Shown here piece after piece: positions 61,158-64,000 of a stretch of DNA of 64,000 nt. Every line of letters starts with the position of its first letter. Position 1 is the stretch's first letter. The position numbers were made by a program, and so were the translations under genes. The stretch covers positions 32,213 through 96,212 of the forward strand of contig CBDCWP010000043.1 of the NCBI GenBank assembly GCA_965223505.1, in the 5' to 3' direction. The notes under the pieces are model-generated. The model made no database searches, was not told the origin of the DNA, and saw nothing but the letters and a program-made list of their open reading frames with translations. This DNA comes from Planctomycetota bacterium (GTDB taxonomy: Bacteria; Planctomycetota; PLA2; JAEUHO01).

Positions 61158-63743
61158 ATGACGACGCAGACGGCACAGCTCTGGGGCGCGTGGATCGAAC
61201 GCAGCGACGAGGTCGCGTTCGAGAAGCTGGTGCGCCCCGAGCTGCCCGCCGTCTACCACCTCGCGCAGCGCATGGGGCTCGCTCGCGCCGACGCGGAAGA
61301 CGTCGTGCAAGACGCGCTGACGGACCTCGCACAGACGCGAACGCGCAAGCCCGGCGAGGTGGGCGTCGGCGCCTGGCTCATGCGCGCCGTGCGCATGAAG
61401 TCCCTGATGAACCGCCGCAGCCGCGCGCGGCGCGCACGCCACGAGAAGGCGCACCCGCTGCACGGCGTGTCGGCGAACGCGCCGCGGCTCGACCTGCAAG
61501 AAGAGGTCGAGCGCGCGTTGGACCAGCTCGAAGACGACGACCGCCAGGTCCTGGTCTTCCGCTTTCTCTACGACCTCGACTATCGCGAGATCGCCTACGT
61601 GCTCGGCGTCTCCGAGAACGCGTGCCGCATTCGCGTTCATCGAGCGTCTTCGCGTCTGCGCGACCGCATCGGTCACAAGGCGCCGGCCTTGCTCGCGGCC
61701 ATCCCGCTACCGGACCTGCCGACGGCCGCCAACGTCATTGCGTCGGCGACCCAGGCCGGCGCTGCGGCGGCCGGAACGGGCAGCAGCATCATTGGAGGGT
61801 TGATCGTGAACACCGGAATGAAGATGGCCGCGTCCGCCGTCGCGGCCGCCGCGCTCACCGCCGGGGGCTTCTTCGCGTTCCAGGACGACGAACCGATCGA
61901 GCCGGTCCCGGGCACGTACGAGGTCTCCGGCAGCGAGGACGGTCAGGGCGTGAACGTCCGTCCCCGCCTCGAGCCGAACACCATGGTCGAGGGCGCCTAC
62001 GAGACGACCTCGGCGCCGACCAGCGGTGACGGCGTCATCACCGGCAGCGTGACGACGAGCGACGGTCAGCCCGTCGAGGGTGTCGTCGTCGTCGCGGAGC
62101 CCGTCCCGACCGGCAGCCGCTGGTCGCCGTTCGAAGCACCGGAGGTGCCCGACATCGACGAGGCCGCCGCGCAAGCTGCCGAGGAGACGCGCCGCCGTCT
62201 GCTCGCGACCCGCAGAGCGACGAGTGATGCGAACGGACGCTTCGAGCTCTCCGCGCTCGCCGACCTCGGCTTCTCGATTCGCGCCTTCGCGCAGGGCTAC
62301 CGCGTGAGCGCGCCGCGCGGACAGAAGACGTGGGGCGTGCGCCCCGGCGGAACACTGGACTTCGTCGCGAAGGCCGTTTGCGAGGTCGACGTCCGCATTC
62401 TCACCGCGGACGGCTCGCCGCCGAGCGAGGCCGGCGTGATCCGCGCGCGAACCGAAGAGCGACTTCAACGCTCCGGCATGAGCGTCTGGACCGCCGACGC
62501 GTCGAAGCTGTATCTCGAGCCCGGGACGTGGTGGATCCAGGGCGTCAGCGACCGCGACAAGCGCAACGCGTCGAAACCGCAGAAGATCACGCTCGAAGCG
62601 GGACAGGGCACGGTGGAGCTCGTCCTCCGGCTCGAGGACCGCCCGGGGATCCGCGCGCGGGTTCTCGGCGCCGCGGACCTCGACCCGACCGGCATGCAGG
62701 TGTGGATCCTCCGGTTCGAGGGCCGCGAGCCGCCCTTCTCGCAGGTCGGGAGCCATCCCGATCTCCTGCGCGAGAGTCGGCCCGGCAAGGACGGAACGTA
62801 CCTCTTCAGCGACCTCGAGCGCGGGAGCTATGTCGTGACGGTGGTCCTCGGTCGGGGGGAGCCGTTCGGGTCGACGGTCGTCGCGGTGAACGACCGCACA
62901 GTCGATGCCGACGTCGTGCTCGATCCGATCGACCGCAAGAAGTACGTGCTGCTGCGCGTCCTCGACGAGAACGGGCTCGCGCCGGCACCGCGTGACATCC
63001 GCCTCTCGACCTCGTACGCAGGCGAGAGAACCACGGTCGGCGGAGGCGGCTCGTTCATTCGGCGCACGGACGGGAGTTGGTGGGTCGCGCACAGTCCGAT
63101 GACCCCGGAGCCTTCGGAGGGCAAGGACGGTACGTACCGCATCACCGTCTCGACGGAGGCGCACGGCGAGATCGAGCGGATCTACGACCCGCTGGCGGAG
63201 CGCGAGATCGAGATCCGCCTCGCGGCGCCGCCGAGCCTCACGGTGAACCTCACGGGGCTCGGAGAGCTGGAGGGGCGCGTGAACGTGACGCTGCGCGGCA
63301 GCGTTCCCGACAATCACATGTCGGGCGGCGGTGCGCGCGGAAAGATGCTCGGCGCCACGTACACGTTCGAGAAGGTCCAGCCCGGCGATCACATCCTGAC
63401 GCTGCAGCTGATCGAAGGCGATCCGCCGAAGACGACGTTCATCAACGTCGCGATGCGCAAGGTCACGCTGACCCACGGGGACAACGTCGTCGATTGGACC
63501 CTGCCGACGCTGCACACGCTGCGCGTCGAACACGGCGATCCGGAGGCGTCGATCCGGTTCGGCCTGAAGTGCACGAGCGATGCGTGGGGCTGGTACCACC
63601 AGTTCGCGAACGGCGAGAAGGGCGAAGCGGCCGAGTACAGGTACGTGCCGCCCGGCGACTACGTGCTCGAGGGGTCCTACAAAGGGGAAACGCGCAGGAT
63701 CAAGGTCAACATCCCTGCGCAGGCGGTCGTTCGACTCGACTGA
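61158..63743 (+). CDS. ECF-type sigma factor fused via TM helix to ~650-aa extracytoplasmic domain with carboxypeptidase-regulatory-like repeats (second copy of this architecture)
   Basis: Sigma region 2 (DAEDVVQDALTDL) and region 4 (LDYREIAYVLGVSENACRIRVHRASSRLR); TM (MKMAASAVAAAALTAGGFFAF); DANGRFEL, DGTYLFSDLERGSY repeats. Confidence 0.75.
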   Translation: MTTQTAQLWGAWIERSDEVAFEKLVRPELPAVYHLAQRMGLARADAEDVVQDALTDLAQTRTRKPGEVGVGAWLMRAVRMKSLMNRRSRARRARHEKAHPLHGVSANAPRLDLQEEVERALDQLEDDDRQVLVFRFLYDLDYREIAYVLGVSENACRIRVHRASSRLRDRIGHKAPALLAAIPLPDLPTAANVIASATQAGAAAAGTGSSIIGGLIVNTGMKMAASAVAAAALTAGGFFAFQDDEPIEPVPGTYEVSGSEDGQGVNVRPRLEPNTMVEGAYETTSAPTSGDGVITGSVTTSDGQPVEGVVVVAEPVPTGSRWSPFEAPEVPDIDEAAAQAAEETRRRLLATRRATSDANGRFELSALADLGFSIRAFAQGYRVSAPRGQKTWGVRPGGTLDFVAKAVCEVDVRILTADGSPPSEAGVIRARTEERLQRSGMSVWTADASKLYLEPGTWWIQGVSDRDKRNASKPQKITLEAGQGTVELVLRLEDRPGIRARVLGAADLDPTGMQVWILRFEGREPPFSQVGSHPDLLRESRPGKDGTYLFSDLERGSYVVTVVLGRGEPFGSTVVAVNDRTVDADVVLDPIDRKKYVLLRVLDENGLAPAPRDIRLSTSYAGERTTVGGGGSFIRRTDGSWWVAHSPMTPEPSEGKDGTYRITVSTEAHGEIERIYDPLAEREIEIRLAAPPSLTVNLTGLGELEGRVNVTLRGSVPDNHMSGGGARGKMLGATYTFEKVQPGDHILTLQLIEGDPPKTTFINVAMRKVTLTHGDNVVDWTLPTLHTLRVEHGDPEASIRFGLKCTSDAWGWYHQFANGEKGEAAEYRYVPPGDYVLEGSYKGETRRIKVNIPAQAVVRLD

Positions 63744-63830
63744 CCCCATCCCCGACGGCGCTCATCTGGACAGCCGGGATCGCACCCGGATCCTGGGTGT
63801 GCCGTCCCGCGGGCCGACCTAGGATCCAAG

Positions 63831-64000
63831 CATGCGTCGGCTCCTGCTGTACCGCGTCGTCCTCCTCGCAACGGCCCTGACGGTGGCGTTGTGCTGGCGC
63901 ATGGACGCGCGCGCCGACGAGCAGCCATCGGAGACAGCCGCCGAACGCGGCTACCGCCATCTGATCGACACGCCCTTCGTGCCCATGGGGTTCGATCAGG
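63831..64000 (+). CDS. partial CDS (N-terminus, signal peptide MRRLLLYRVVLLATALTVALCW), truncated by window end
   Basis: ATG with hydrophobic signal; continues to window edge. Confidence 0.4.

Overview
This is a high-GC (~68-70%) bacterial chromosomal window, gene-dense on both strands. Its gene content looks like a Myxococcota- or Acidobacteria-type organism: a Ser/Thr kinase fused to a TolB-like propeller, a TPR-CHAT protein, a DUF1501/DUF1800 pair, many lipoproteins and secreted proteins, and probable selenoproteins. I support about 50 CDSs. The recognisable ones include a TIR-domain protein on a lower-GC stretch at the left edge, an AraC regulator, TspO, DegP/HtrA, Hsp20, a peptidoglycan amidase, a HEAT-repeat protein and a GNAT-methyltransferase fusion. 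Two paralogous beta-helix lipoproteins flank other loci. There is an alsS-aldehyde dehydrogenase operon, a Kv-type K+ channel next to an SLC13/TrkA_C transporter, an EamA transporter and an RND efflux pair (MFP + permease). The window also carries a 1008-aa secreted TPR-CHAT protease, a sodium:solute symporter, an EEP-family nuclease/phosphatase, cystathionine beta-synthase, a DUF1570 HEXXH protein and a DUF1501/DUF1800 pair. Two ECF sigma factors are fused through a TM helix to large extracytoplasmic carboxypeptidase-regulatory-like domains. A MarR/NmrA module and an ArsR-Blh-like (MBL-rhodanese-DUF2892) sulfur-stress divergon follow, then a second ArsR with an SRPBCC protein. No rRNA, intact tRNA or CRISPR array is present. 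The most notable points follow. (1) Two secreted thioredoxin-fold genes are each interrupted by a single in-frame TGA, with the same frame continuing and a small hairpin 11-14 nt downstream. One has a textbook U-G-P-C redox motif and the other a C-T-U motif. I read both as selenoproteins that an ORF caller would split. (2) A TIR gene sits on a lower-GC segment at the window edge, next to a tRNA 3' end-like fragment that could mark a genomic-island junction. (3) A CHAT C-terminal gene fragment lies about 12 kb from the intact CHAT gene. (4) Three apparent frameshifts fall in G/C homopolymers (CIA30-DUF4174, DUF1800 and a small membrane protein). (5) AT-rich palindromic operators flank the MarR and ArsR genes. 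Coordinates of short motifs are approximate to within 1-2 nt.
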